NCBI GenBank assembly: GCA_964016885.1
Contig: OZ024744.1
Span: forward strand, 16,926,001 to 16,990,000
Direction: 5' to 3'
Source of the DNA: Eledone cirrhosa
Taxonomy: Eukaryota
Length of the DNA stretch: 64,000 nucleotides
The position numbers and the translations under genes are program-made. Shown here one piece after another: positions 39,801 through 51,500 of this stretch (position 1 is the stretch's first letter; every line of letters starts with the position of its first letter). The notes under the pieces were generated by a model, which did not search any database, was not told the origin of the DNA, and saw only the letters and a program-made list of their open reading frames with translations.

Positions 39801-40120
39801 TTTATACCATCAATCTTGGCTGGATATTTATCTCTATTCTCTGTAGTGTCTTGGTTTAGTTTCATCTGTTTGAGCCACATTAATTTTTTGTTAAAGTGTT
39901 TGTTGCACTCCTGGACGATGTACTTTTCTTCGTCACGTATAAGGTTTATATATACTAATGTTTCTCTTGGTGTGGTGATCTTAGTTATTTCTTGTATTAG
40001 GTTACGCTTATGTTTTTCTTGATGACTTAATTCTCTGTAAATCTTCTGTTTTATGTTCAGCATTAGTGTTCGTTTTAGCCTATCTGCTTGCTTTTTGGTA
40101 ATTTGTAATCTTACATTATT
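36799..40120 (-). mobile_element. Penelope-like element copy A (decayed; N-terminal region, RT with internal deletion, GIY-YIG, pLTR)
   Basis: ORF fragments 39467, 38782, 38260, 37825 and 37335 align to the 764-aa ORF; ~450 bp of RT is missing near 38715; the end abuts (TA)n. Confidence 0.9.
36934..36976 (-). ncRNA. PLE pLTR minimal hammerhead
   Basis: GTCA-CTGAAGA-GGTCACA gaacg TGTGAC-GAAA-GAAC-TT-TGAC. Confidence 0.75.
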
Positions 40121-41519
40121 CCCATTATGCCAAACCCATGACTAGACACAGAGCTCTGGTTAGAAACCATTAATAACAAAAAACAAATCCTCCATTCCCA
40201 TTATGCCAAACCCATGACTTCCAAATATCTGACCCACCGAAACTCAGCTGTTTCGGATCACACCAAAATCAACATACTGATTGCGGATTTAGTACGGGTG
40301 ATGAGAAACGTGTCCCGCATGTGCAACCCCAAAGAACTAGAGAGACACATACAACACTTCATCTACCGTATGCAGTTCTCTGGTTACATTCAGAGAGATA
40401 AAATCAGAGTATATAGAGGAGCCAGAACCAAATGGGAAAAAAATGGTAAATAATGACACAAATGGGACCTGCCCCTTGTATAGGAGCAAATTCTGGAATA
40501 GAAAGAATAGAAAGAATTGGGAATAAGGTTAATAGAATAAACTCATGGTATGATAGCAATAAATACCAGAGTGTAATGTTCATCGATACAACCCCTAGAG
40601 GTGAATTAGCTTACAAATTTAGAAGGGCCCTCGATAAACTTAAACTTAATATTAAGATAGTAGAAAGACCAGGTACCTCCATAAAAAAACTTATTAGCAA
40701 TACATACCCTTTTCAAAGACCTCCCTGTATAGATAAGAAATGCATAATCTGTAAACTAAGCCCCCATATTAACTGTAAAACTAGAAATGTAGTATATAGC
40801 ATAAGATGTACTGAAGGACAATGTAGAGATAAGAATATAGTGTACATAGGTGAGACAGCTCGTAGTATAGGGGAACGGATAAATGAACACTGGCGAGAGC
40901 TTCAAGATAGTAAAGAATCATCTGTACTCTACCAACATGCTAAAATAGAACATAAGGGTAAATTAGAGAACATAGAAATAAAAATAGAATATACACACAA
41001 AAAATACGCAATGTTTAGACAAATTACAGAGGCAATAAATATAAATGAACTCCAACCAAAGTTAAATAGAAAACATGAGTGGAACAGCAACATCACAACT
41101 TACAACTAAGGACAAAATGAAAACGCACACACACATAGAACAATCACCCAACCAGTAACATGTAAATAAACAAATAAATGAACAAATAAAAACACACACA
41201 GACACCCGGATGTAACACATGCGCAAACTAAACACACAACACTCACACAAACAAGATGGCGTAGGACAGAACAAAGGAGAGGCACAAAACAAAGAAAAGA
41301 ATCCCCAGTCACTGAAGAGGTCACAGAATGTGTGACGAAAGAACTTTGACAATATATGAACAACCAACCGGACGTTTATAAATTTAATTTATAATAAATT
41401 GGAGTGAAACCGGTGGTGCGTGTGTTTCTTATTGGCAACATGACCCTCCCAAATTATAACAATATCGGTTTCAACACACGTTTACAGATAAAGAATCTTG
41501 CTAATCAAATTCAGAAACG

Positions 41520-41528
<9 letters not shown>
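40121..41528 (+). mobile_element. Inverted 3' PLE copy joined head-to-head to copy A (GIY-YIG 40453-41109, pLTR)
   Basis: C..C..NCKTRNVVYSIRC..C..YIGETARSIGERINEH..H...H..RQITEA; ends in (TA)n. Confidence 0.9.
41308..41350 (+). ncRNA. PLE pLTR minimal hammerhead
   Basis: GTCA-CTGAAGA-GGTCACA gaatg TGTGAC-GAAA-GAAC-TT-TGAC. Confidence 0.75.
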
Positions 41529-41572
<44 letters not shown>

Positions 41573-41821
41573 TTTAATTATATAATAATCAACACAATAT
41601 AATTATTCCATTACCCAAGGTTTCACGAATTTAGACGATTCCAACAGAAACTTGGAATAATGGAATAATGGAATAATTATAGTGTTGTTGTTTATTACAT
41701 GATTAAATAGCTCTGTACTATACATAGAACACTCTTCTTTCCTTTACCTTTGCCACGGAAATATTTAACACACACACACACTCACACACACACACACATA
41801 CACACACACACACACATATAC

Positions 41822-41994
<173 letters not shown>

Positions 41995-42803
41995 TACTTG
42001 GGGAGGGTCATATTGTTGTAATATTGTCAGAAATAACAGACCACACTCACTGTTTGGTTGGTTTTCGTTTCTGTATCTTTTACATCTCCATAGTTTATTT
42101 ATTTGGCCATCAATGTTTATAATTGATTCACCAACGGTTAAAAATACAGATATAAGTATATATAATAACTAGAAATTGATTAACATATATATAAACATGA
42201 ATAATCACAGGAGATAATTTTTACAAGTGTGTAACCACACATAGCTAGGTAGGTAACTAAATAAAGTTGACCAGAACTTCAAAAATAGATACCTCATAAT
42301 ATGATTAATCTTCCCTGTATATATTCCATTAAAGAAATATATTTCACCAATTAATCGAATGGTAAACCATGGAGGCCGGTACTTGGATTTTCAACAAGGA
42401 AGAAGTTCCAACAATCCGTGTTTACACTTCAAGTTCAAATCTGCGACTGGTCATCACCACGTGTTGTATTTACTAGAAATACACACATCATAGTAGCTTC
42501 GTCTCAGTGGCGTGAATAGGGTTATCGACAACTAGAAACAACAGTCGAGTCCTCGGACCTACTCGTTAGAATCTTAGAGCTTATTTTCCGGGTGATATGA
42601 TGCATGTCTTTCTGGCATGACACCCATAATTTTGATTTGGATTAAATTCATTTAATTTATCTTAATTTTGGATATAGATAATAGATATAAATATATATGT
42701 ATATAGTCTATCAAAGTTCTTTCCTTACACATTTGGAACATCATCAGTGGCACTATTATTATTGTATTGTATTTTAATGTCTACGCCATTTTTTCTATAT
42801 ATA

Positions 42804-42901
<98 letters not shown>

Positions 42902-43053
42902 ATACTTTGGGAGGGTCATGTTGCCAATAAGAAACACACGCACCAGTTGCTTTCACTTCAATTTATTATTATAATAAATTTATAATAAATTTATAAATAT
43001 ATAAATTTCTGGTTGGTTGGTTGGTTCCACAACCAGATAGTTGTTTATATATT

Positions 43054-43096
43054 GTCATAGTTATTTCGTCACATACTCTGTGACCTCTTCAGTGAC
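43054..43096 (-). ncRNA. PLE pLTR minimal hammerhead
   Basis: GTCA-CTGAAGA-GGTCACA gagta TGTGAC-GAAA-TAAC-TA-TGAC; differences from the other copies fall only in loops and at H17. Confidence 0.78.
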
Positions 43097-43297
43097 TGGG
43101 GATTCCTTTCTTTGTTTCTGTGCCTCTACTTTTTTCTGTCCTACGCCATTTTGTTTCTGTGTGTGTGTTGTGTGCTCAGTCTGCGCATGCGCCACATCCG
43201 GGTGTCTGTGTGTGTTTATGTTCATTTATTTATTTTTTTATTTACATGTTACTGGTTGGTTGTTTGTTCTATGTGTGTGTGTGTTTTCATTTTGTCC

Positions 43298-45592
43298 TTA
43301 ATTGTAAGTTGTGATGTTGCTGTTCCACTCATATTTTCTATTTAATTTTGGTTGTAATTCTTTTATGTTTATTGCCTCTGTAATTTGTCTAAACATTGCG
43401 TCTTTTCTGTGTGTAGATTCTATTTTTATTTCTATGTTCTCTAATTTACCCTTGTGTTCTATTTTAGCATGTTGGTAGAGTACAGATGATTCTTTACTCT
43501 CATGAAGGTCTCGCCAGTGTTCATTTATCCGTTCCCCTTCACTACGAGCTATCTCACCTATGTACACTATATTTTTGTCTCTACATTGTCCTTCAGTACA
43601 TCTTATGCTATACACTACATTTCTAGTTTTACAGTTAATATGGGGGCTTATTTTACAGGTTATACATTTCTTATCTATACATAAGGGTCTTTGAAAAGGG
43701 TATGTCTTGCTAATAAGTGTTTTTACGGAGGTACCTGGTCTTTCTACTATCTTAATATTGAGTTTATGTTTATTTAGGGCCCTTCTAAATTTGTAAGCTA
43801 ATTCACCTCTAGGGGTTGTATCGATGAACATTACACTCTGGTATTTATTGCTATCATACCATGAGTTTATTCTATTAGCCTTGTTCCTAGTTCTTTCTAT
43901 TCTATTCCAAAATTTGCTCCTATACAAGGGGCAGGTCCCATTTATGTCATTATTTCCCATTTTTTCCCATTTGGTTCTGGCTCCTCTATACACTCTGATT
44001 TTATCTCTCTGATTGTAGCCAGAGAACTGCATACGGTGGATGAAGTGCTGTATGTGCCTCTCTAGTTCTTCCGGGTTGCACATGCAGGACACGTTTCTCA
44101 TCACCCGTACCAAATCCGCAATCAGTATCTTGATTTTGGTATGGTCCGAAACGGCCGAGTTTCGGTGGATCAGATGTTTGGAAGTCATGGGTTTGGCATA
44201 ATGGGAATGGAGCATTTGTTTTTTGTTATTAATGGTATCTAACCAGAGCTCTATGTCTAGTACAGGTAATCGATGGTTGGGGTGTTTACTTGGGTAGTCT
44301 ATAGTAACTCTAATGCTCTGGTGGATGGAGTTAGCTATTTGCTGGATGCTTTCCATTGTGTTTTTCTCTAGTTCCTGACTGTTCTCTAGCGGGGGTCTCT
44401 TAACTACGATGTTTATATCATCAACGTAGCGGGAGTACATTATCAGGGTTAAGGGGTCTTCTAATTGTTCTTTAAGCTTAAGTTTAAGTCTACTGTCCCA
44501 CCATACCATGAATAAGTTAGCTATGTCGCCTGCAATGCTAACACCAATGGCTGCTCCTTCCTCTTGGGCATATGTTTTCCCATTAAATTTGAACATATGT
44601 TCCTTAAGGGTTAGTTTTATGCTGGCCCCTACCGCATGTGCAATCATTTTCTTCAGTTCATCGTGGTTTTCGGGTGTCCGTATGGCTCTGGTCCACCCGT
44701 TCCATCTATCTGTGTGGGTTTTCTTGGTCATTGAGGTAATGGTAGGTGGTCTGCCTCTTGCTGGTCTTGTAGGGCACAGGTTGCTAAGGTCATATGTGTC
44801 TAGGTAATTATTACTATAGGTAAGTTTAAGTAGGAGTCCCAGCTCACTGGTATCAATCCCACGGAACTCAACATTGCTCTCACTGATCATTTCTACGCAT
44901 TTCTCCACAGCAAAATCCACGTCAATAGATGGATACAGGGACACAACATCCATACTACCTATTATGCAGTTTGTTAGGTCCCTAGATCGGTTACTCACGC
45001 CGATTCTGCTGAGGAGGTCCTCCGTGCTGTCACATACATATGGGGACATTTCGATGATGGGGCGTATGATCAGGGAGAGGAAGTAGGACAGTCTGTAGTT
45101 ACTAGCAATGTTAGCTCCACAGACTGGCCGTGTTGGTGGTCCCGCGACAGGGTCACAGCCCGTTTTATGGTCTTTTCGAAGCCCATACAACGCCGGCACG
45201 TCATTGTTCCAGGCCTGGAAGTTGTTGGCAGTCCTTTTGTTTGGCTGCATTATATTCGTCCACATCACCATATAGGCATTGAGGGCTTTTTCTCTATCCT
45301 CATGCTCCTGTGGTGTTACTTCTCTTGTGTTAGTGATGTGGGGTTGCATTGCCTGGATGTAGTTTGGCAGGCTGTCAACCGACATTCTGCCAGACTTGTC
45401 TGTTGGAAAGCATGCTATCTCTCCATTACGCGAGCGCTGCATGAGCTTACGCAAGCCATTTGCAGATTTTTCTCCCAGTTGCTGGGCCTCCATTCTATTA
45501 TGCTTCTTGCTATACTGTTCTATAATATTTCTAAGTTCGGATCTAGCTATACTAAATTGTACTTCTGTTTGTTCATCGACCTGCGACGGCAA
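43298..45592 (-). CDS. PLE reverse transcriptase + C-terminal GIY-YIG endonuclease (764 aa open; true N-terminus missing)
   Basis: PTDKSG, LYGLRKDHK, RPV, SMDVVSLYPSI, QEEGAAIG, YSRYVDD, LPVLD, Y.KP, VVY..C..C..YIGE..R..ER..EH. Confidence 0.93.
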   Translation of the reverse strand: MPSQVDEQTEVQFSIARSELRNIIEQYSKKHNRMEAQQLGEKSANGLRKLMQRSRNGEIACFPTDKSGRMSVDSLPNYIQAMQPHITNTREVTPQEHEDREKALNAYMVMWTNIMQPNKRTANNFQAWNNDVPALYGLRKDHKTGCDPVAGPPTRPVCGANIASNYRLSYFLSLIIRPIIEMSPYVCDSTEDLLSRIGVSNRSRDLTNCIIGSMDVVSLYPSIDVDFAVEKCVEMISESNVEFRGIDTSELGLLLKLTYSNNYLDTYDLSNLCPTRPARGRPPTITSMTKKTHTDRWNGWTRAIRTPENHDELKKMIAHAVGASIKLTLKEHMFKFNGKTYAQEEGAAIGVSIAGDIANLFMVWWDSRLKLKLKEQLEDPLTLIMYSRYVDDINIVVKRPPLENSQELEKNTMESIQQIANSIHQSIRVTIDYPSKHPNHRLPVLDIELWLDTINNKKQMLHSHYAKPMTSKHLIHRNSAVSDHTKIKILIADLVRVMRNVSCMCNPEELERHIQHFIHRMQFSGYNQRDKIRVYRGARTKWEKMGNNDINGTCPLYRSKFWNRIERTRNKANRINSWYDSNKYQSVMFIDTTPRGELAYKFRRALNKHKLNIKIVERPGTSVKTLISKTYPFQRPLCIDKKCITCKISPHINCKTRNVVYSIRCTEGQCRDKNIVYIGEIARSEGERINEHWRDLHESKESSVLYQHAKIEHKGKLENIEIKIESTHRKDAMFRQITEAINIKELQPKLNRKYEWNSNITTYN

Positions 45593-45785
45593 TTGTGTGC
45601 GTTTGTTAAATGGTAAAGTCGTGGCGTGGACTCGTCGTAGGTCGAACGATTTATCGGAGGGATTATAAAAACTAGAGTTCCAGGCTGCTCCTTTATGTGT
45701 ACTAGTGCTATTGTTATTATTAGTTGATAATATTATTAGTTGATATACATATTGATAATATTATTAGTTGATAATATTATTAGTT

Positions 45786-46388
45786 GATATACATATATGT
45801 ATACAGACGTACAGTAGTATGTATATTTATATACATACATGCACACATATATATATGTAGGTATGGATTCACCGAACATTTATTATAATGCTCTGTGTGT
45901 TTGTAAACAAACATCCCGTATTAAGCCGTAGTGTCTCGCAACCATCGTTGCTCGTTTGTTCAACACTGACAAAGGAACGCTGTACTAGTTTCAAGCTTAT
46001 TAGCTATCGTCAGCAACGTATACCTTCCTGCCAGATTGTTGAACGTATATACTTACCTGATGCATATTAACGTATGAGCAGCCCAATTTGCATATCGAGT
46101 GGATTAATCGGCCGGGTGCACCGAAAACGATAAACGGAAAAAATGAAACGAAATTTCATTTCCCACATTTAGTACGGCTGTTACTTAAATATAAGTATGT
46201 ACACGTACATACATATATGTATACAGACGTACAGTAGTATGTATATATACTTACATACATGCACACAAATATATATGTACGTATGGATTCACCGAACATT
46301 TATTATAATGCTCGGTGTGTTTGTAAACAAACATCCCGTATTAAGCCGTAGTGTCTAGCAACCATCGTTGCTCGTTTGTTCAACACTG

Positions 46389-46393
<5 letters not shown>
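45786..46393. repeat. ~190-bp direct repeat at 420-bp spacing (45786-45973 and 46206-46393)
   Basis: TACATATATGTATACAGACG..CAACACTGACAAA occurs twice. Confidence 0.85.
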
Positions 46394-46431
<38 letters not shown>

Positions 46432-46699
46432 AAGAAGAGACATGTATCATAAGAGTGAGGGAGAGAGCAAAATTGTGATACAGTGTACTAGACGCCATTA
46501 GGCGAAGCGAAGTGTGCTCAATGCTTAGAAGTGCAGTGTTAAATATTATAGAAAGGTTAATATTTAATTAAAGTTAAGCGCAGAAGGTAAGCTGAGCAAG
46601 TATAATCAGAATAGGTGGAGAAGGCAATACATTTAAAAACAATCTTGCACGGTGTTTCATCTATACAATATCAAATAACAGTTCACATGTGTGTGTACG

Positions 46700-47330
46700 C
46701 ATCAGTACAGCTCACTGTTCACCTGCAACTGTTAGAGCTAGTGGAAATATATACTATTTACTAAAATATACAGTGACTGATCTGCCTGATTTGCATATTA
46801 GCAGACTGGCTGATCAGTCAGATCTGCATATTAGCAGATCCATTGATCAGCCAGCTTTGCATATCAGCACACTGGCCAGTCAGTTTCCTGTATACGAGCG
46901 ATAAATGACCGGCATTGCCTCATTCAAATAAAATAAATAAAAATATTTCTCTCTACATGGCTGAATACAATAAATGTCATCTAAGTTTTTGGAATAATAA
47001 TAATAACATTCGATTCGTTTGCAATTATGCAAACAAGCCTCATTTTTAAAGCCATATCAGTAGAATGAACCGTCTTACTCTTGTGTTGGCATGTAGACAG
47101 AACAGCAGACACTAATGTTTCTGGGTATCTTCATCAGTACAGCTCACTGTTCACCTGCCAACTGTCAGAGCTAGTGAACATATATTTTCTAAAATATACA
47201 GTGATTAATCGGCCTGATTTGCATATTAGCAGACTGGCTAATCAGTCAGATCTTCATATTAGCAGATCCACTGATCAGCCAGATTTGCATATGAAGAGAT
47301 TGGCCAGACAGTTTCCTATATACGAACGAT
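46700..47330. repeat. Two ~200-bp direct repeats, each with 33-bp sub-repeats
   Basis: 46700-46902 vs 47132-47330; unit GAT(T/C)TGCATATTAGCAGA(CTGGC/TCCAT)TGATCAG(T/C)CA. Confidence 0.8.
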
Positions 47331-47499
47331 ATTGTTATGTTTGAATTTTATTAGGCTTTTGACTGGAATATTTCAACAGTATTTTTTCATATTATGTATG
47401 TGTATGTCTTCCACATTGCTGTAGCTTTTAATCTGTTTATTGTCAGGGTTATTTTTTCTACGGATTGCGTTGTACAGTGTTTTGGCCACTACATCATAC

Positions 47500-48260
47500 C
47501 TCATAGGTAGATAGTACCGTGATGACATATTTGGACAGCTGTTTATGACATGGGTGACATCTTCGATGTTAATTCTGCAGAGTCTGCACTTGTTGTCACA
47601 TCTCGGTGTTTTGCCTGCATCCCTAAAACTCAGTAACTAGGACCTTAGACACCCTAAAGTTAATCCACCAAAACTAAAAGCTCTTCCATACATCTCCCCC
47701 CCCCCCCCAAAAAAAAAATAATTGATACCTGTGCCGCCCAAAATCATCCAAAATTTAGAATCTTTCCCCTCTACAAATTTAAAGATAATGCCACCCACAC
47801 CCAGCGCATCAGTGCTATTTTTCTGTATTCCCGTATTTTGATTTGGGATCTATGGACAGTCATGTCATGCGTTGGCAGAGGCTGTTTTTAGTCCGGCCTA
47901 TGTATTGTTCTCGACAACCTGAGCAAGTTAATACATATATTAGGTTTTCTGATGCGCATGTGAAATTGTGTTTTACTATAAAACGTTGTCCTTGTTTGAA
48001 ATATAATTCCGATCCCTCTATTGGGTTGATGCATATACCACAGTTGGGTCTATCGCATTTTTTTACTGTGGGTTTGGTTGTTGTGGTTGGCAGTACTTTG
48101 GCATGTGTTAGGATGTTTTTCATTGACTTAGATTGTCTTTTGCTCTTTATGATATCGTGTGTTCAAAGGATTTGGTTCATTCTATGGTCATTTTTATAAT
48201 ACAGGGATGTTCTGGAGGATGGTGAAGAAATAGGATATATATTACAAATAAACCGGGTTT
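47500..48260 (-). pseudogene. Neptune-like PLE GIY-YIG remnant
   Basis: KC.RP.C..C..FTCASENLIYVLTCSGC.EQYIGRT..L..RMT.H (47860-48123); decayed ACAGCTGTC hammerhead tail near 47535. Confidence 0.7.
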
Positions 48261-48462
48261 TCCAGGTACAGTTTGTCCGATAAATTTTGTCAGATGCATT
48301 TGCATACATCTGTACACACATCCGCGCGCACACGCACACACTCAAATGCATGCATACAGGAAAATTGGTAACAAATACAGGAACAAGTACGAGAATAATT
48401 AATTCCAACCACTAAGCGTTCAAACGTTGTCATGGAATAATTTACAAAACGAAAACAACTCG

Positions 48463-48594
48463 TGCTCCGCTTCCTTCAATACCGAGGATGATGAAGATAG
48501 TTAACTACTGGGGCCTGACTAAGTATTTCCTCATTGTAACTGTTACAGTATAGACCTCTGGTGTCCTTGGTTCCCACATTACCACAGAGAAGAA
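48463..48594 (+). pseudogene. Degenerate CRE-type RLE coding fragment forming the left edge of the satellite
   Basis: From 48494: KIVNYWGLTKYFLIVTVTV*TSGVLGSHITT aligns ungapped to KRPKYRSLSDRFAVVPLAVETSGVLGPRATT (23623-23715, -), 14/31 identical. Confidence 0.7.
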
Positions 48595-51500
48595 GGCCTC
48601 TGTGGTCCTTGGTCCCCACATTGCCACGTAGGAGAGGACCTCTGGTGTCCTTGGTCCCACATTACCACAGAGGAGAGGACCTCTGGTGTCCTTGGTCCCC
48701 AATTACAACAGAGGAGAAGACCTCTGGAGTCAATGGTCCCACATTACCACAGAGGAGACGACCTCTGGTCTCCTTGCTCCTCACATTACCACAGAGGAGA
48801 GGACCTCTGGTGTCCTTGGTCCCCACATTACCACAGAGAAGAAGTGCTGGTGTCCTTGGTCTCCACATTACCACCGAGGAGAGGGCCTCTGGTGGCCTTG
48901 GTCCCCACCTTACCACAGAGGAGTAGAAGACTTCTGCTGTCCTTGGTCCCCACATTACCACAGAGTAGAGGAAGACACCTGGTGTCCTTGGTCCTCACAT
49001 TACCACAGAGAAGAAATCTGGTGTCCTTGGTCCCTATATAACCCCAGCGGAGTGGAAGACAACTGCTGACCTTGGTCAACACATTACCATAGAAGAGAGG
49101 AAGTCACCTGGTGACGTTAGGCCTCACATTATCACAGAGAATAATAACTCTGGTGTCCTTGGTTCACATTACCACAGAAAAGAGGAACTTTGGTGTCCTT
49201 GGTTCACATATTACCACAGAGAGGACCTCTGGTTTCCTTGGTACCCACATTACCACAGAGGAGAAGGCCTCTGGTGTCCTTGGTCCCCACATTACCACAG
49301 AGGAGAGGACCTCTGGTGTCCTTGGTCTCCATATTACCACAGAGTAGAAGACCTCTGGTGTCCTTGGTCCCCACATTACCACAGAGGAGAGGACTTCTGG
49401 TGTACTTGGTCTCCATATTACCACAGAGTAGAAGACCTCTGCTGTACTTGATACCACATTACCACTGGGATGAAGACCTCTGGCGTCCTTGGACCTCACA
49501 TTACCACAGAGGAGACTTCTGGTGTACTTGATCTCCATATTACCAGAGAGGAGTGGAAGACCTCTGCTGTCCTTGGTCCCAACATTACAACAGAGGAGAG
49601 GAAGACCCCTGGTGTCAATGGTCTCCACATTACCACAGAGGAGAGGACCTCTGGTGTCCTTGGTCTCCACATTACCACAGAGGAGAGGACCTCTGGTGTC
49701 CTTGGTCTCCACATTACTACAGAGGAGAGGACCTCTGGTGTCCTTGGTCCCCACATTACTACAGAGGAGAGGACCTCTGGTGCCCTTGGTCCCCACAATA
49801 CCACAGAAAAGAAGACCGCTGGTGTCCTTGGTCCCCACTATACCACAGACCAGAAGATCACTGTGGTCCTTCGTCCTCATTTTACCACAGAGAAGAAGAA
49901 GACCCCTGGCGTCCTTGGTCCTCACATTACCAGAGAGGAGAAGAACTCTGGTGTCCTTGGTCCCCACAATACCAGAGAGAAGACCTCTGGTGTCATTGGT
50001 ATCCTCATTATCACAGAAGAGAAGAACTCTGGTGTACTTGGGCCACACATAAACACAGAGAAGACCTCTGGTGTCCTTGGTCCTCATTATCACAGAGTGG
50101 AGAACCTCATGTTTCTTTGTCCCCACATTACCACAGACGAGAAGGCTTCTGTTGTCCTTGGTCTCCATATTATTATAGAGAAGAAGACCTCTGGTATCTT
50201 GTCCCCACATTACCACATAGGAGAAGAAGACCCCTGGTGTCTTTGGTGCGCACATTACCACAGAGGAGATGACCTGTGGTGTCCTTGGACACCACATTAC
50301 CGCAGAGAATATCTCTGGTGTCCTTGGTCATCACATTACCACAAGGAACAATGAGATGGCCTTCGCGTCCACATTATCACAGAGAAGAAGACCTCTGGTG
50401 TCCTTTGTCACCACATTATCACAGAGAAGAAGACCTCTGGTGTCTTTGGTCCTCACATTACCTCAGAGGAGAGGAAGACCTTTGATGTCCTTGGTCCCCA
50501 CATAACCACAGAGATGACCTCTGGCGTCCTTGGTCCCAATATTACCACAAAGAAGACCTCTGGTATACTTGGTCCCCATATTACCACAGAGGAGTGGAAG
50601 ACCTCTGCTCTCCTTGGTCCCAACATTAACACAATAGAGAGCAAGACCCTGGTGTCATTGGTCTCCACATTACCAAAGAGGGGAAGAAGGCCTCTGGTGT
50701 CCTTGGTACCCATATTACCACAGAGGAGAGGACCTCTGGTGTCCTTGGTCCCCACATTACAACAGAGTAGAGAACCTCTGGTGTCCTTGGTCCCCACAAT
50801 ACCACAGAGAAGAAGACCTCTGGTGTCCTTCTCCTCACATTACGAAAGAGAAGAAGACCTCTGGTGTCCTTGGTCCCCACATTACCACAGAGGAGAGAAC
50901 CTCTGTTGTCCGTAGTCTCCACATTATCAAAGACTAGAAAATCTCTGTTGTCCTTCGTCTTCATTTTACCACAGAAAAGAAGAAGACCCCTGGCGTCTTT
51001 GGTCCCCACATTACCACAGAGGAGAAGAACTCTGGAGTCCTTGGGCCCCACATAACCACAGAGGAGACAAAGACCTCTGGTGTCCTTGGTCCCATATTAC
51101 CACAGAGAAGACTGCTGGTGTCCTTGGTCCTCACATTATCACAGAGGAGTAGAAGATCTCTGGTGATCTTGGCCCACACATTATCACAGAGTGAGGACCT
51201 CATCTTTCTTGGGCGCCATATTACCACTGACGAGAAGGCTTCTGTTGTCGTTGGTCTCCATATTATTATAGAGAAGAAGACGTCTTGTGTCCTGGGTCTC
51301 ACATTACCACATAGGAGAAGAAAACCCCTGGTGTCATCGGTCCGCACATTACCACAGAGGGGAAGACCTCTGGTGTCCTTGGACCCCACATTACCAGAGA
51401 GAATATCTCTGGTTCCTTGGTTATCAAATTACAACAGAGGAGAAGACCACTGGTATATTTGGTCCCCACATAACAACAGAGAAGAGGAGACGACGTCTGG

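Larger units (their letters stand above)
42898..45725 (-). mobile_element. Penelope-like element copy C, 5'-truncated, ORF open
   Basis: Same family as copy A; pLTR 42898-43300; 3' tip joined to (TA)n. Confidence 0.93.

Noticed and set aside
41568-41710. AT-rich imperfect hairpin next to (TA)n
   Set aside because: No ribozyme core, TSD or second copy in the window; left unclassified.
43298-45592. Naiad-type selenoprotein or permuted PLE
   Set aside because: GIY-YIG is C-terminal and there are no in-frame TGA codons.
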